The notes under the pieces: generated by a model
Database searches by the model: none
Told to the model about the DNA's origin: nothing
The model's input: the letters and a program-made list of their open reading frames with translations, nothing else
Assembly: GCF_000143415.4 (NCBI RefSeq)
Contig: NW_003314272.1
Span: forward strand, 1,943,944 to 2,007,943
Length of the DNA: 64,000 bases
DNA from: Selaginella moellendorffii
Taxonomy: Eukaryota > Plantae > Lycopodiophyta
Reading direction: 5' to 3'
Shown: positions 45,487 through 56,957 of the stretch, one piece after another
Layout: each line of letters begins with the position of its first letter
Position numbering within the stretch: position 1 is the stretch's first letter
Made by a program: the position numbers and the translations under genes

Positions 45487-46389
45487 ATGGGTAAATATAA
45501 TACTCTTTGCTTTTTAATAATACAACTCTTGAAATTCATATATAGTGATAATACAGAATTTAGTTTTCCAAATAGCATAAATAATATTGATATGAGTACA
45601 ATTGTTGATGCTATTGATAGATTAATAGCTTTTATTGATCAGAAGAAAGAAGATTATCCATTAAATTGGTCTGATAGTATATCAATAGTTTTAACTAGTG
45701 GAATTGTTCTTATTAAAATTTCACGTTATACAGGAAATACTCCTAATTGTGAAGCAAGTGGAGAATATGGTTATACTTTAGGACGTTCTTTATATGAAGG
45801 GCTTAGAAGATTATATCGGAAATATTTTGATAAAATATTATTTGTTGCTGCAAATTCCATAAGAATTACTTCTAAAAATTTTGAAATTTATTATGATCGG
45901 GATGGTATATCAGAACCTGAAAATCCTGAATATTATATTAATTCATCTATGAATAAACCAAAATCATTAAATGATTGCTATGTTTTTGTAAGCATATTAA
46001 TAAGTGGAAAAAAGCTAAACCATTATCATACTTTATTTCAAGAAAATTTCCTAATATCTCCAAATAAGAAAAATACATTACTACTACATTTAAACTGTAA
46101 TCTTGTACTTTATTCTGGACAAAATATTATTTGGGAAACAGAAACTGGAAAGAGAAATTATATTAACTGCTTTCTACAAAATCAAATTAGTGGAAATATA
46201 ATTTTATTTTCATCATTATCTAAATTAGAGTGGAGAACAAATTTATTTTGTAAGAAAAATCCTAGTTGTGTTTTTCCAACATTTTTAAGTCTTCAAAATG
46301 ATTGCAATCTAGTTTTATATTCATCTAGTTTTCCTAATAAACCCTTTTGGTCAACTAAAACTTATAAACATAATTTATGTTTAAAATAA
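45487..46389 (+). CDS. Secreted 300-aa protein: unknown N-terminal domain plus bulb-type (GNA) lectin domain
   Basis: Hydrophobic N-terminus; three lectin subdomains HLNCNLVLY, QISGNIILF, QNDCNLVLY, each followed by WxT; intronless; TATA-like sequence upstream. Confidence 0.8.
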   Translation: MGKYNTLCFLIIQLLKFIYSDNTEFSFPNSINNIDMSTIVDAIDRLIAFIDQKKEDYPLNWSDSISIVLTSGIVLIKISRYTGNTPNCEASGEYGYTLGRSLYEGLRRLYRKYFDKILFVAANSIRITSKNFEIYYDRDGISEPENPEYYINSSMNKPKSLNDCYVFVSILISGKKLNHYHTLFQENFLISPNKKNTLLLHLNCNLVLYSGQNIIWETETGKRNYINCFLQNQISGNIILFSSLSKLEWRTNLFCKKNPSCVFPTFLSLQNDCNLVLYSSSFPNKPFWSTKTYKHNLCLK

Positions 46390-47612
46390 TTAAAAATAAA
46401 ATAAAATAATAATATTTTTGAAAAAAATCTTATAATATTATATACTTTAATAAGTGATGTATAAAGCAATGCAATTAGGCACTAATAAAGCAAGCACTAA
46501 TAATGCAATAAGTGGAAACCTTTCCTAGTTGGAAGTAATGGATTCTCTGGATCATTATTTCTTTGGTTTTTAGTGTAGCCAAAAGTATTGAAGGTGGAAC
46601 TTATCCTTTGAAATGCATGGAAGTCTATCAAACATGTGAAGGGAGATTATTTGCAATATTGTAAGGAATGTCTTGACTTGGACTTAGACCTAACTAAGGT
46701 CCTACACCAGAATATTATTGGTATATAGTTTTTCTTTTTCTTTTTCTCTCTTTAGAGGTTTAACAGCAAGAACATACTAGATTGACTTGGCTGTATTTGG
46801 GAAGACAAAGAACAAGAGTCGCAGAGGAAGGTTATAGTGAAAATTCTAACACCACAAAGATTTGTTTAGTTATTTTATTTCAAAATGCTGTTAGCTAATT
46901 ATAATAAACTAAATTCATTATCCAAATTTAACAGAGAACACAAACTTTAAATGAACCCCTGCTGAAAGAGAATTATTGCACCTTTCAGCAAGAATCCCTA
47001 TCACTAGGAGTAATATCATTTGCAAATTCGAGCATGCTTTTAGTCCATCTCAGACTGTGTAATACTGCAAAAAGTAATTTTTGGTGAATGTTGCTTGTGG
47101 GATGTATAAATCAACTGGAGTTATAAGCTCTATCATGGATTGGTTTTCACACAGTTTTGATGGTCGTTCTAGGTAGTTGTCTGTTTTCTGCTCCAATCAA
47201 CTCTAACTTTAGATCAGGGTTTGATAACAATAAAGGAAACTCTTTAGAGAATTGTTCCCCATAGAGCTGAGAGTGGCTAGGAAGAGGCCAAGTTGGAGTA
47301 AGAAAAACTCACTGGAGCCTTGTAATTGCCATCCCTGGTTTTGCGAGCCTGAATGTATGCAGCATGTCAACATGGATGGAGAATCTACCCTGAATATCTG
47401 CTATTACTAGTGTTCCGCTGGAGTATAGAGGGGAAACACCATCCAATGGCTCGTGTGGCAGAACTTCTAGAAGATGCTTTTCTTGAGGTTTTCTTGGAGT
47501 TCTCTCACAAGGGAAGAATTGTGAGGATTGATACTACCTGCCAAATTAGGGGGAGTATCTTGACGGTGGGAGAGTTTTGTTGTAGACGAATCAGTGATAG
47601 AGGTTGTTTTAA

Positions 47613-50123
47613 TTCGAGCTTGAGCTGGATCGCTTCGAATGCCTCCGAGAGATCCAATGTTGCAAGAGCCTCTCCAACGCTGTGCTAATTCACGCACGCA
47701 TCCCGGCTGCCAATGGCGATACTTTCCTGGCAAACAAGCTTATCGAGATGTACGGGAGGTGCGGCAGCGTGGAGCATGCCCGGAAGGTGTACGACAGCAT
47801 CGTGTCCAGAGATACCTTCTCGTGCTCCTTGATGCTCTCGGCATATGCCCGCAATGGGCTTATCTGCGAGGCCGAGAAGCTCTTTGGCGACGTCGAAAGG
47901 CCAGACAAGGCAGCATGGACCATCATGCTGACGTTGTATGCACAAAACGGGAATATAGGAGATGCTTCGAAGATCTTCCGAAAGATGCCAGACAAAGACC
48001 TGGTTGCGTGGAATGCTATGGTTAATGCATATGCCGAAACAGGGCAAATGGATACGGCAAAAGCGTTGTTTGATTCCATGCCGCTTCGAAATATCGCGAC
48101 ATGGAACACTCTGCTCTCTGGGTTTTGTTACTCCGGTGATATTAATTTAGCGAAGTGTGCTTTTGAGGAGAATCCAGAGCCTAATATTCTAACCTGGACT
48201 GCCTTGCTTTCGGCATATGCCCAAAGAGGGTATCTTGATCACGCGAAAAAGGTGTTTGATGACATGCCTTTGAGGGATATAGTGGCCTGGAATGCTTTGT
48301 TGGTGGCAAACGCAAAGGCAGGGCGTTATGAAGTTACGCAAAATCTATTCTCCGAGATGCCGGAGCACGATCTTGTGGCTTGGAATTCCAAGATCATAGC
48401 ACACGGCCAAGCTGGGAATCTGGAAGATGCCAAGAGAATTGTCTCCGAGGAGCTCCCCGTGAAATCTCTGGCTTCATTCAACGCACTTCTCTCTCTCTTC
48501 TCCAGAGAGAATAAACGTTTTGAGGCAGAAGAGCTATTCTTTACTGTCATGCCAGAGAGAGATCTCGTCGCGTGCAACCATATGCTAGCCTTGTACGCGG
48601 AGCTCCAAGATTCCTCTACATGCAAAAGGATATTCGAAGAGATGCCCCAAATAAACACCATCTCTTGCAACTCCATGCTCGTCGCATTTGCCCACGACGG
48701 GCATATCCAGCACGCCAAATCCCTGTTTGACGCGATCCCCGACCCCGATCTTGCCACGTGGACGGCGTGTGTCGCGTCGCTTGGCGAGGCGGGAAGCACC
48801 GACGCTGCCAAGGCGATGTTTGACACAATGCCAGCATGGGACCTGGTGACGTGGAATGCCATGGTGTCTGCGTACGGCAGAGCTGGGCTCGTGCGTACGG
48901 CTGGTCAGCTGTTCGATTCCATGCCGGAGCACTCACTTGCATTTGCGAACGCAATGCTATCGGCGCTGTGCCAATGTGGGCATTTGGAAGAGGCCAGAGA
49001 GCTCTTGGAGCGTTTACCCGAACGAGATGTAATCTCGTGGAGTGTGATTCTTGGGTGTTGTAGCGATCATGGCAAGTTCGAGCAGGTGAGCGAGATCTTT
49101 GAATCAATGCCGGAGCACGATTCTATCTCTGCCACAGCTATCGTCGCCGCAAATGCTCGCAGAGGGCATCTGGATGATTCGTTTCGAGTGTTCAGATCTA
49201 TGGCGGAGCACAATTGCAATGCTGTGGCGGCTCTTATCACAGGGCTTGGGAAGTCTGGCAAGTTACTTGATGCAAAGACGATGTTTGATGAGATTCCATT
49301 CAAGAACGCAGTGGTCTGGACTGCGCTTGTCACGGCTTATGCCTTACAAGGGCATGTTGAGGACACGATGATCTTGTACGACAGGTATATGCCAGAGCAT
49401 AGTCTTGTGTGTGGAACCTCTGTGATCGGTGTTCTTGGGCGAAGCGGCTGTTTAGATGAAGCTAGATGTGTTTTCAAGAGCTTTCCAAGCCGCGATTCTT
49501 TAGCTGTGAGTTCCATGATATGGGCTTATGCCCTGAATGGGTATCTAGGCAAATCAAGAGAAGTGCATGATCTTTGGAGAGACCCGAGCTTACTGTCCTG
49601 GAAAGCCATGCTAGAAGCTTATTCTCATGCTGGTAAAGTCATCGAAGCGAAGAGGGTGTTTGATCAATCTCCGGAAAGAGATGTTTCGTTTGATGCTTTG
49701 ATGGTTGCTGCATACGCCCGGGGCGGAGATCTAGATCAAACGCTTGAGTTTTTCTTTTCCCTTGACGAGCTAAACGAGAGCTGCTTCATTTGGATCCTCG
49801 TTTCATGCAGCCGCTCCGGCAAAGTCTCCACGGGGATCCGACTCTTCGTCTCCATGGTTGCGGATTTCTCCTTGAATCCTTCCAAGCAACACTACAGTTG
49901 CGTTGTTGATCTCCTGTGCCGAGCCGGGCATCTGGGCGACGCTCGAGAGCTAGTCAAAAGCATGCCTTTTGTGCCGGACGGCCTGGAGTGGAGATGCGTG
50001 CTTGCAACGCACGGACCGATCGATGATGCCACAGTTGCAGCACACTCTACTTTGGATGTGAATCCGGATCACGGTGCTGCCTATGTGCTTCTCGCAAATG
50101 CGTCGATGGAAGCAAAGCGATAG
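47613..50123 (+). CDS. PLS-class PPR protein with E domain; start codon uncertain
   Basis: Frame open from 47613 (..CKSLSNAVLIHARI..), first ATG at about 47747; many MPExDLVAWN repeats; QHYSCVVDLLCRAG, AAYVLLAN. Confidence 0.9.
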   Translation, partial: FELELDRFECLREIQCCKSLSNAVLIHARIPAANGDTFLANKLIEMYGRCGSVEHARKVYDSIVSRDTFSCSLMLSAYARNGLICEAEKLFGDVERPDKAAWTIMLTLYAQNGNIGDASKIFRKMPDKDLVAWNAMVNAYAETGQMDTAKALFDSMPLRNIATWNTLLSGFCYSGDINLAKCAFEENPEPNILTWTALLSAYAQRGYLDHAKKVFDDMPLRDIVAWNALLVANAKAGRYEVTQNLFSEMPEHDLVAWNSKIIAHGQAGNLEDAKRIVSEELPVKSLASFNALLSLFSRENKRFEAEELFFTVMPERDLVACNHMLALYAELQDSSTCKRIFEEMPQINTISCNSMLVAFAHDGHIQHAKSLFDAIPDPDLATWTACVASLGEAGSTDAAKAMFDTMPAWDLVTWNAMVSAYGRAGLVRTAGQLFDSMPEHSLAFANAMLSALCQCGHLEEARELLERLPERDVISWSVILGCCSDHGKFEQVSEIFESMPEHDSISATAIVAANARRGHLDDSFRVFRSMAEHNCNAVAALITGLGKSGKLLDAKTMFDEIPFKNAVVWTALVTAYALQGHVEDTMILYDRYMPEHSLVCGTSVIGVLGRSGCLDEARCVFKSFPSRDSLAVSSMIWAYALNGYLGKSREVHDLWRDPSLLSWKAMLEAYSHAGKVIEAKRVFDQSPERDVSFDALMVAAYARGGDLDQTLEFFFSLDELNESCFIWILVSCSRSGKVSTGIRLFVSMVADFSLNPSKQHYSCVVDLLCRAGHLGDARELVKSMPFVPDGLEWRCVLATHGPIDDATVAAHSTLDVNPDHGAAYVLLANASMEAKR

Positions 50124-50407
50124 CCATTTCTTCTTCGCAAGCAAGAAGAAAGCAAGCCTTTCGAATCAAGGAAAGCTAAAGCTAGAAGAAAACTAAGACA
50201 ATGAGATCCCAGGTTCGAATCTTGACACGACATAAAATCTACGCTAATGCGTTTTTCTCTTCCAATGCAGGTAGATCTCCGGGTTTTCAAGGTCTTCAAG
50301 GCGGGCATCTTATCTCCTGACTGAGCACAGAGCGTGACACTTAGTGGGTTCTTTGGTGTTCTTCCCAAGTTCCCGGATTGAAGCGTTTCTGTCGCTCGGA
50401 AGGCCAA

Positions 50408-52692
50408 ATGGAAGCGGGAAAGGATGTTATTCGGCTGGAGCGTGAGCCATTCATCGTGACGATGAAGCCCAAGCTGATAATTGGGCTAGCTGACAGTCTC
50501 GGTGAGTGGATTTCTTCGCCTTTTTTTTCTTCTTCTAAACCTTTGACACACAACATTTTTTCTTACAATGCAGAGCAAAAGGCGGATCAAGCTGATTTTC
50601 TCCTCCTGTGCAAAAGAGTGGAGGCTTTCATTCGTGCATGGTACCATGTCCAGTTTGAAGAGCTCATGGTAAACTCTCACTGGTTTTACGGTGTTTTGCT
50701 CACATGATCGCGAGATACCTTGCAGCAATTGTACGCCTTGTTTGATCCGGCAAATGGTGGCAAGAAACTCGAAAAGCAGAACCTTTCTGCTGCTAGAGTC
50801 GACGAGCTGGAGCAGCGATTCCTGGATATTTACGCCATGGTAATGTAGCTACAACTTGATTGCAATGCTGGTGGCTGATGCTTGCAGTGCTCTTGAAGCT
50901 CATGGAGAAGAGCAACTTTAAAGTTCTGTCCGATAACGAGTTCCGTGTTGCGACTTCGGGCCATTATCTTCTCAATCTTCCCATTGCTGTTGATAAAAAC
51001 AAAGTATAAGCAACTTCTTTTGCTATGGACTTTTCGAGACATGAACTGATTCTATCATCTTTGGCTCAGCTGGATTCGAAGCTCCTCGGCAAGTTTTTCG
51101 AAAAGAGAAAAGACTTGGAGATGCCAACTTACACTAACCAGGTAAATTCACGTCCGTGTTCATTCTTTTCGAGTTTCTTGTTCACATGTACTATGCAGTA
51201 TGTGATGTATCGCCGAGGCATTGGGCTTGATAAAAGCACTGATGCATTTATCAGCGCAAAGCTGGACGAATTGATTTCGAGAGCTTGGGATTGGATCCTG
51301 GGGCTTTTGAGGTGACTGCTTTCGCTGTGTTTTTTTCTCATAGAAAGCCAATCTCAATTTCCAGGTTGCGGAAGCTGTTAGGACGTGAGCAGAACAGAGC
51401 ACAGCCTGGTCCTGCCGATGGCTCTTCTGCGTTAAGCAACACCGAACATTATGTGGAGAGAATTCGCATCCAAAACATGAAAATTACGTAAGCTCGGGAT
51501 GAGCATTTTTCATAAAGGTGAAATATTTTGACGGTCCTTTATTTCAGCTTTGGAAACTTTCTCAAGAAGACTACCATCCAGGAGCCTACGTTTGAGCGAC
51601 TTATTTTGTTGTACAGGTAGACGCAATAGATGATCCTTGATCTTGATGTAATCACAAGGTTGAGTTTAAAATGCAGACTGGCAACACCCCGGCATGACAC
51701 CAGTCCATATGGTAATCGAGGAATTTGCATCAAGCAATTTAAGCACGTCCCAATGGCAGACGTTGAGCTCGTTCTCGTAAGTAGAAAACGTTTTTTTTTT
51801 TTCTTGTTTTTGAGGCTACTTTTCTTTGTCCTCTCTTTTAGCCAGAGAAGAAGAACCCGAGCTTGACAGCAATGGATTGGGTGAAATTTCTACTCTCAGC
51901 GATCATTGGCTTCGTAAGCTTTTCTTTCCATCAACATGTTTAGAGTCGATAACGTTTTTGTGACGAACTCACAGGTTGCATTTTCGGGTACACTAGAAGC
52001 ACATCCGTCTGATATATGGGTGGCTTTAGCTATCCTTGGTGGCTTTCTTAGTTACTGCGCTAAGATCTATTTCACGTAATAGTTCCTCTTCTACTATTTT
52101 CTTACGCTCCATACTATTGACCTTTGTCCTGAAGGTTCCACGCTAACATGATGGAGTACCAGCGGCTTATCACCAATTCGATGTACGACAAACAGCTCGA
52201 TAGTGGAAGAGGAACTTTGCTGCATCTTTGCGACGATGTGATCCAGCAAGAGGTAAATAAAACTCATTGATTTTCTAACACTTTGTTTTCTCATACTTTC
52301 GAAAATCCAGGTGAAGGAGGTGATCCTTGCTTACTACGTGCTGATGACGAAAGGCAAGCACACCATTCAGGTATGCCTTTCACTCCTGTGTAGAAAGAAA
52401 CACAGCTGATTGGATTTTTCTCTTGCTCTAAAGACTCTGGACGAGCTTTGCGAGGAGGTGCTGCTGGAGGAGTTTGACGAGAAATGCAACTTTGAAGTCG
52501 AGGATGCCTTGAAAAAACTGGAGCGTTTGGGAATCGTATCCAAGGTAACTTTTTTCAATCACGTTTTTATCACGTGAATGGGCGTCTATGCAGGATTCAT
52601 TGGGAAGGTATGCGCCCCACCCTCTGAAAAGAGCAAACGAAATTATTGGGATAACAACTGACGAAGTTGTCGCTAGAATCTCGTCGGCGTGA
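50408..52692 (+). CDS. DUF3754 (TMEM143-like) protein, multi-exon
   Basis: VIRLERE, YLLNLPIAVD, YRRGIG, TIQEPTF, PMADVELVLPEKKNP, DSGRGTLLHLCDDVIQQEVKE, ALKKLERLGIV. Confidence 0.88.
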
Positions 52693-52856
52693 GTTGTATA
52701 TCGTGTCGTTTTTCCATTCTTTTTTTTCCAAAGTTAATGTAGCTTGTACGTATTCCGATACCTTGCTTTGGTATCTGATAGCGTGCTGGTTTCTCGGGCT
52801 TTCTTTCGTTTGCGTTCATAAGCAAGATGTAACAGTCTAGGGACAAGCCGGAGGTG

Positions 52857-55085
52857 ATGGACCAGAAGAAGAACATACTCAAGCTTCCTCTTGAGTCGGG
52901 CATTTCGGTTTCCAAAGCCGAGTTGATCGACAGGCTCGCCGAAGGTGGTAAGTCTCTCTAGTTGAATCCGCATTGCAAAATTCATGTGACCATCGCTTTT
53001 CTTCTTTAGTTGAAGACAAGGACAGCTTCAAGCAACTGTGCAAGAGAATCGAAAGGCTGCTACTTAAACATCGAGACGAGGAGTACAAGGAGCTCAAGGT
53101 ACTCACTCATTCATTCACCTGGAGGACATTTATCGTTCATGATTGTGGTGTGACAGGCGACCTATGCGAAGTTAAATCCTCGTGACAGTGAGCTCCCAGT
53201 TGACGAGTTTAATGTTGAAGCTCACGAGCAATTTCTACTAAAGTTTTTCCAGGTAAGTAGAAGTGCTGTGATTGAGATTCAAAAGCACTCGCGTGGCTAC
53301 TATTAGCTCATGGAGCGAGGGAGATACAAGCAACTCACGGATGAAGAGTGGAGTGTGGCGACCTCCAGCCGTTACCTTCTCAAACTTCGCATTCGGATTG
53401 ACCGCAATAAGGTGCGTTCAAGGTAAAACTTAAAACGCTGGAACTTCGACTTTCATACGCTTCACAATAAGTATACTGATTGTGCAGCTCGACACGAGGT
53501 TCCTCTCCAATTTCACCAAAAACCAGGTACATCAATCAATGAAGCAGCGCCTGAACTCTAACACGCTCCTAAGCAGTTTGTTATCTTCCATCGAGGTGTA
53601 AGCACGGACCAACAATCTGGCTTGTTTGTCCTCCTGAAACTGGAGGCCCTCTGGAGAAGTCTGAAAAACTACATTGTCGACGCTCTGTGGTAAGTTGTTC
53701 GCTCCTTGTACGGATTTTGTCGTAATTTTTCCACGTTTGTTGACAGCGAGAGGCCGGTCGTCCAGGCCACGCCTTCCAGGAGCGCACTGGAAGCTGGGGA
53801 GACGAGGTTTCAGGAAGTGGAAAGATTTCATGCGGGTGACATCAGGTGGTCTTTCTTACACTGTGTGATCTCCAAAGTTCATCTTTTTTCCAATGAATGA
53901 ACGTATGATGCTCACATGAAAGCATGCATAGGCTAAGCGACCTCTTCCGCAAGGCGCGGGTACAGGAGCCTATTTACAAGCACGTTGTGGTCCTCTACAG
54001 GTATGATTTCTATCTCTCTTGTTTTCTTTTTCTTTTCTTATCCAGACCATTGAAGAGAAAAAAGAGAAAAGTGTTCTCCAGGCGCCTGGAGCATGGAATT
54101 CGTATCAAGCACTACGTGGATGTGCCTTTGGCGGACATGGAGCTCGTACTCGTACGTTTCATCCCGACTTGACGCTAAACTTTACATTTTTTTCTTCCTC
54201 TTAACAGCCCGCGAAGAAAGCTCTTCGACCGAGTGGAGCAGACGTCTTGACTTTCGTCCTCTTCGTGATCTTTGGCTCGGTAAGTGTTGATTTTCTCAAC
54301 TTTTGGTCTCATCCCGGTGCCAAACTTTCGAGTCATTTCTCGCAGGTTATGTTTAAGGTCCTTCAGAGAAAGCAGCCATCAGTAGCAGCTGCTATCTTGG
54401 CAGCGTGCATTCTTTACTGCGTAGCACTAGTAACAACGTACGTACGTTTCCTTGTGTTTTCAACCCTGTGTAACTCTCCTCTCTCACAGCTTTGTACTAC
54501 GGGTGCGAAGAATCAAAAGGATGCTAAAGGAAAAGCTCGTCCGTGACAAGAGAGTTGAAAAGCACCGGGACGTTTTGATCAGCTTGATCAAGGACACGAT
54601 TCAGCAAGAGGTCTGTGACTTTTTTTTTCTCTTCCTTCGTGTTTGGTTTGCTTTGCTCAGCAATGACGTTTTGCCCTCGTAGGTGAAGTTGGCGATTGTG
54701 GCTTATTTCGCTCTCATGAAAACAGCGCATGGAGCAGCCTCCAAGGAGGTAACTGATCGACCGAGACGAACGAACGAGCTCTTAGACTCAACAGAAAAGA
54801 AAGAGTTTAAACTGTTTTCGCGTGGCAGGATCTGTACTTTAAATGCAGGCAGCTAATGGAGGACAAATTCAAAGACAAGTTGATACTTGGATTGGACGAG
54901 ACGCTCGTCAATCTGGACAAGCTTGGGATCATCTGGCGAGTAAGTCAAGCAGTCCTTTTTTCTTTTCTCTGTTCTTGGCTACAAACAATGGAGTGTGTCT
55001 CGATTCACAGGACGAAAAGGGAGCAATTCGCCACACCGAGGCAAACCAAGTAACCGACAACCACTTCGTTCCACTCGAGGATTAG
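52857..55085 (+). CDS. Divergent tandem DUF3754 paralogue, multi-exon
   Basis: LCKRIE, YLLKLRIRID, FVIFHRGV, VQEPIYKHVVVLYR, VPLADMELVLP, IQQEVK, LDKLGII; intron positions parallel those of the upstream copy. Confidence 0.8.
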
Positions 55086-55891
55086 GAGGTTATGTTTTCT
55101 AGTTTCTCTTTTTTATTCTTTTTCTTTCGTGCCTGTCACCGCCAGAGGCCTGTTCTTTCCATACCGATCAGAGACTTCTTCAAGCTAGCTGTAGCTATGG
55201 CTTCGGCGACCAATCTATTCTTTTCTTCGTTACGATCCAGGCTCACAGACAATGTCTGTGTTGGCCGGAAAGAAAAAAAAAATGAAAAAGAAAGCTCCGT
55301 GATCCAGAGACATTTGTTTGGGTTTCTTCTCTTCCAAAACTAGAACGGGGATGATAAAGCTTCTCTTTTTCTTGGTACCATCAACCCAGAGACAATGACA
55401 ATGCGTCTGTGTTGCCAGAAAGAAAAGTTTTGAGATTCAGAAAAACAAGTTTTTCTATCCATTTCAGAGCTAAAAGCTTTAAGTTTCTCATAGTCGATTC
55501 ATTCCAAGCACGAAAGCACAGTTTTTCGAACCATTTTCATAGATTACAGCTTTAAGTTTCTCATAGAAGCCGGCTTATAGATCGCCAGCTTCGGGAACTC
55601 TTTATTCTCATGTTCTTGTACCAATGAACGGGGAGGGTGGCTCTACATAGCGCCTGCTCATCTCATCCCCTCAAGTTTACCACCTTAGCTCTCAGATCTC
55701 TATCTCTCTTCTTAGCAAGAAGAAGGAAAAATAAAAACGAAAAAAGTTAACCATGAAAAGAAAAAATACCGGCAGAACACCACCGTGATCGACGAGGGAG
55801 ACGAGACGACGACGTGGGCGATGAACATCTAGCAGCTCATTCCATTCCCTAGCGCAATCCGCCTCCTCTTTTTCGGTATAGTCGATCATCC

Positions 55892-56957
55892 TCAGAACTG
55901 TTCTCCCTCGAAGGTCTGCCCGTATTGCCAGTTGGAAGGCGCGGCATTGTTGGAGATGACCGTCTTGCCGCTACTGTCCGTCACCATGAAGGAGAGGCTC
56001 TGGCCGCCGAGCTGCGCGTTGGTCTGCCAGTTCTGGCCCCAGTTGCGGCTCATGGGGATCCATCCCGTCCCGGAGCCCTTGACGGACACGGCATGCACGT
56101 CCCCGGCACCGCCCACATTCGTGATGAGGATGAGGTTGAAGTAGGCGTGGCCGTTTACCGTGAAGTGGATCCCTCCTTTCCTCACGCAGCTCACCCTGCG
56201 AGAGAGGCAATCGCCCATGAGATCGCGGAAGAAACCCCGGAAGAAAGCAGCAAAACTTGGAAGATCCTGATGAGTTGAGCTCCAAGAACTTCGGAAGAAC
56301 ATAGAACGAAGAGGCAGCGACATACCTGCGGAAGTAGACGGGGATGATTCCACCGCGGTAGATTCCAATCTCCTCCCAGGCGGGCTGGGACATGTCGAAG
56401 TGCTTGAGGGGCTCGTTGCACCAGGAGCCGGGCGGGCAGAAGTTGGTGGCGGTGACGGTCACCGATCGGCCCGGGATGCACCACTGCGGGTCCGCCGCCG
56501 CGTCACATTTCACCTCGAAGCACGCGCCGCAGCTCAGCCCGTTGTTGTAGAGCGCCGAGCTCAGTGCCGCATTGTTGGTGCCGTAGCCCTGGCTGTAGAG
56601 ATTGCCATAGCCGCAAGCTCCACCTGGACATGGCAAGATGGCATTCGTTTTAGATCACGAGAAAGAATTCTTGTGGATTGTATGCTAGATCTTTGCTGAG
56701 TGGGGTTGCTGGAATGGAAATGATCCGAGAGGGAGTAGTGTGATCTCTCTTCTTACCCATTGTTCCAGCGGCGTCGCTGCCTCCGTAGAATGTGGCGTGG
56801 CCGCTCTCCCACTGCGCCAGCGCGGAGCTGACGCCGGTGGCGAGAAAAAGCACCAGCAGTCCCATCGTCTCCCTGTTGGTGAGAAACCCCACTGAATCGA
56901 TCAGCCCAAGAACATGACAGTGCCAAGAACAGAGCGTCACAAACAGAGCACCTACAT
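55892..56957 (-). CDS. EXPA: Alpha-expansin (start codon probably split AT|G by intron 56955-56873)
   Basis: [15 protein letters not shown]|[37 protein letters not shown]; TATA at about 57243-57250. Confidence 0.96.

Larger units (their letters stand above)
31000..47300. mobile_element. AT-rich, CpG-poor region of decayed transposons (approximate bounds)
   Basis: Few ORFs, nested LTR elements, hAT fragments and related sequences in opposite orientations. Confidence 0.7.

Noticed and set aside
47639-47700. 5' frameshift in the PPR at 47.6 kb
   Set aside because: The main frame is open and PPR-like from 47613; an upstream exon or later ATG explains it
50203-50226. tRNA-like GAGATCCCAGGTTCGAATCTTG
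   Set aside because: T-arm/B-box-like only; no D arm, anticodon arm or acceptor stem found
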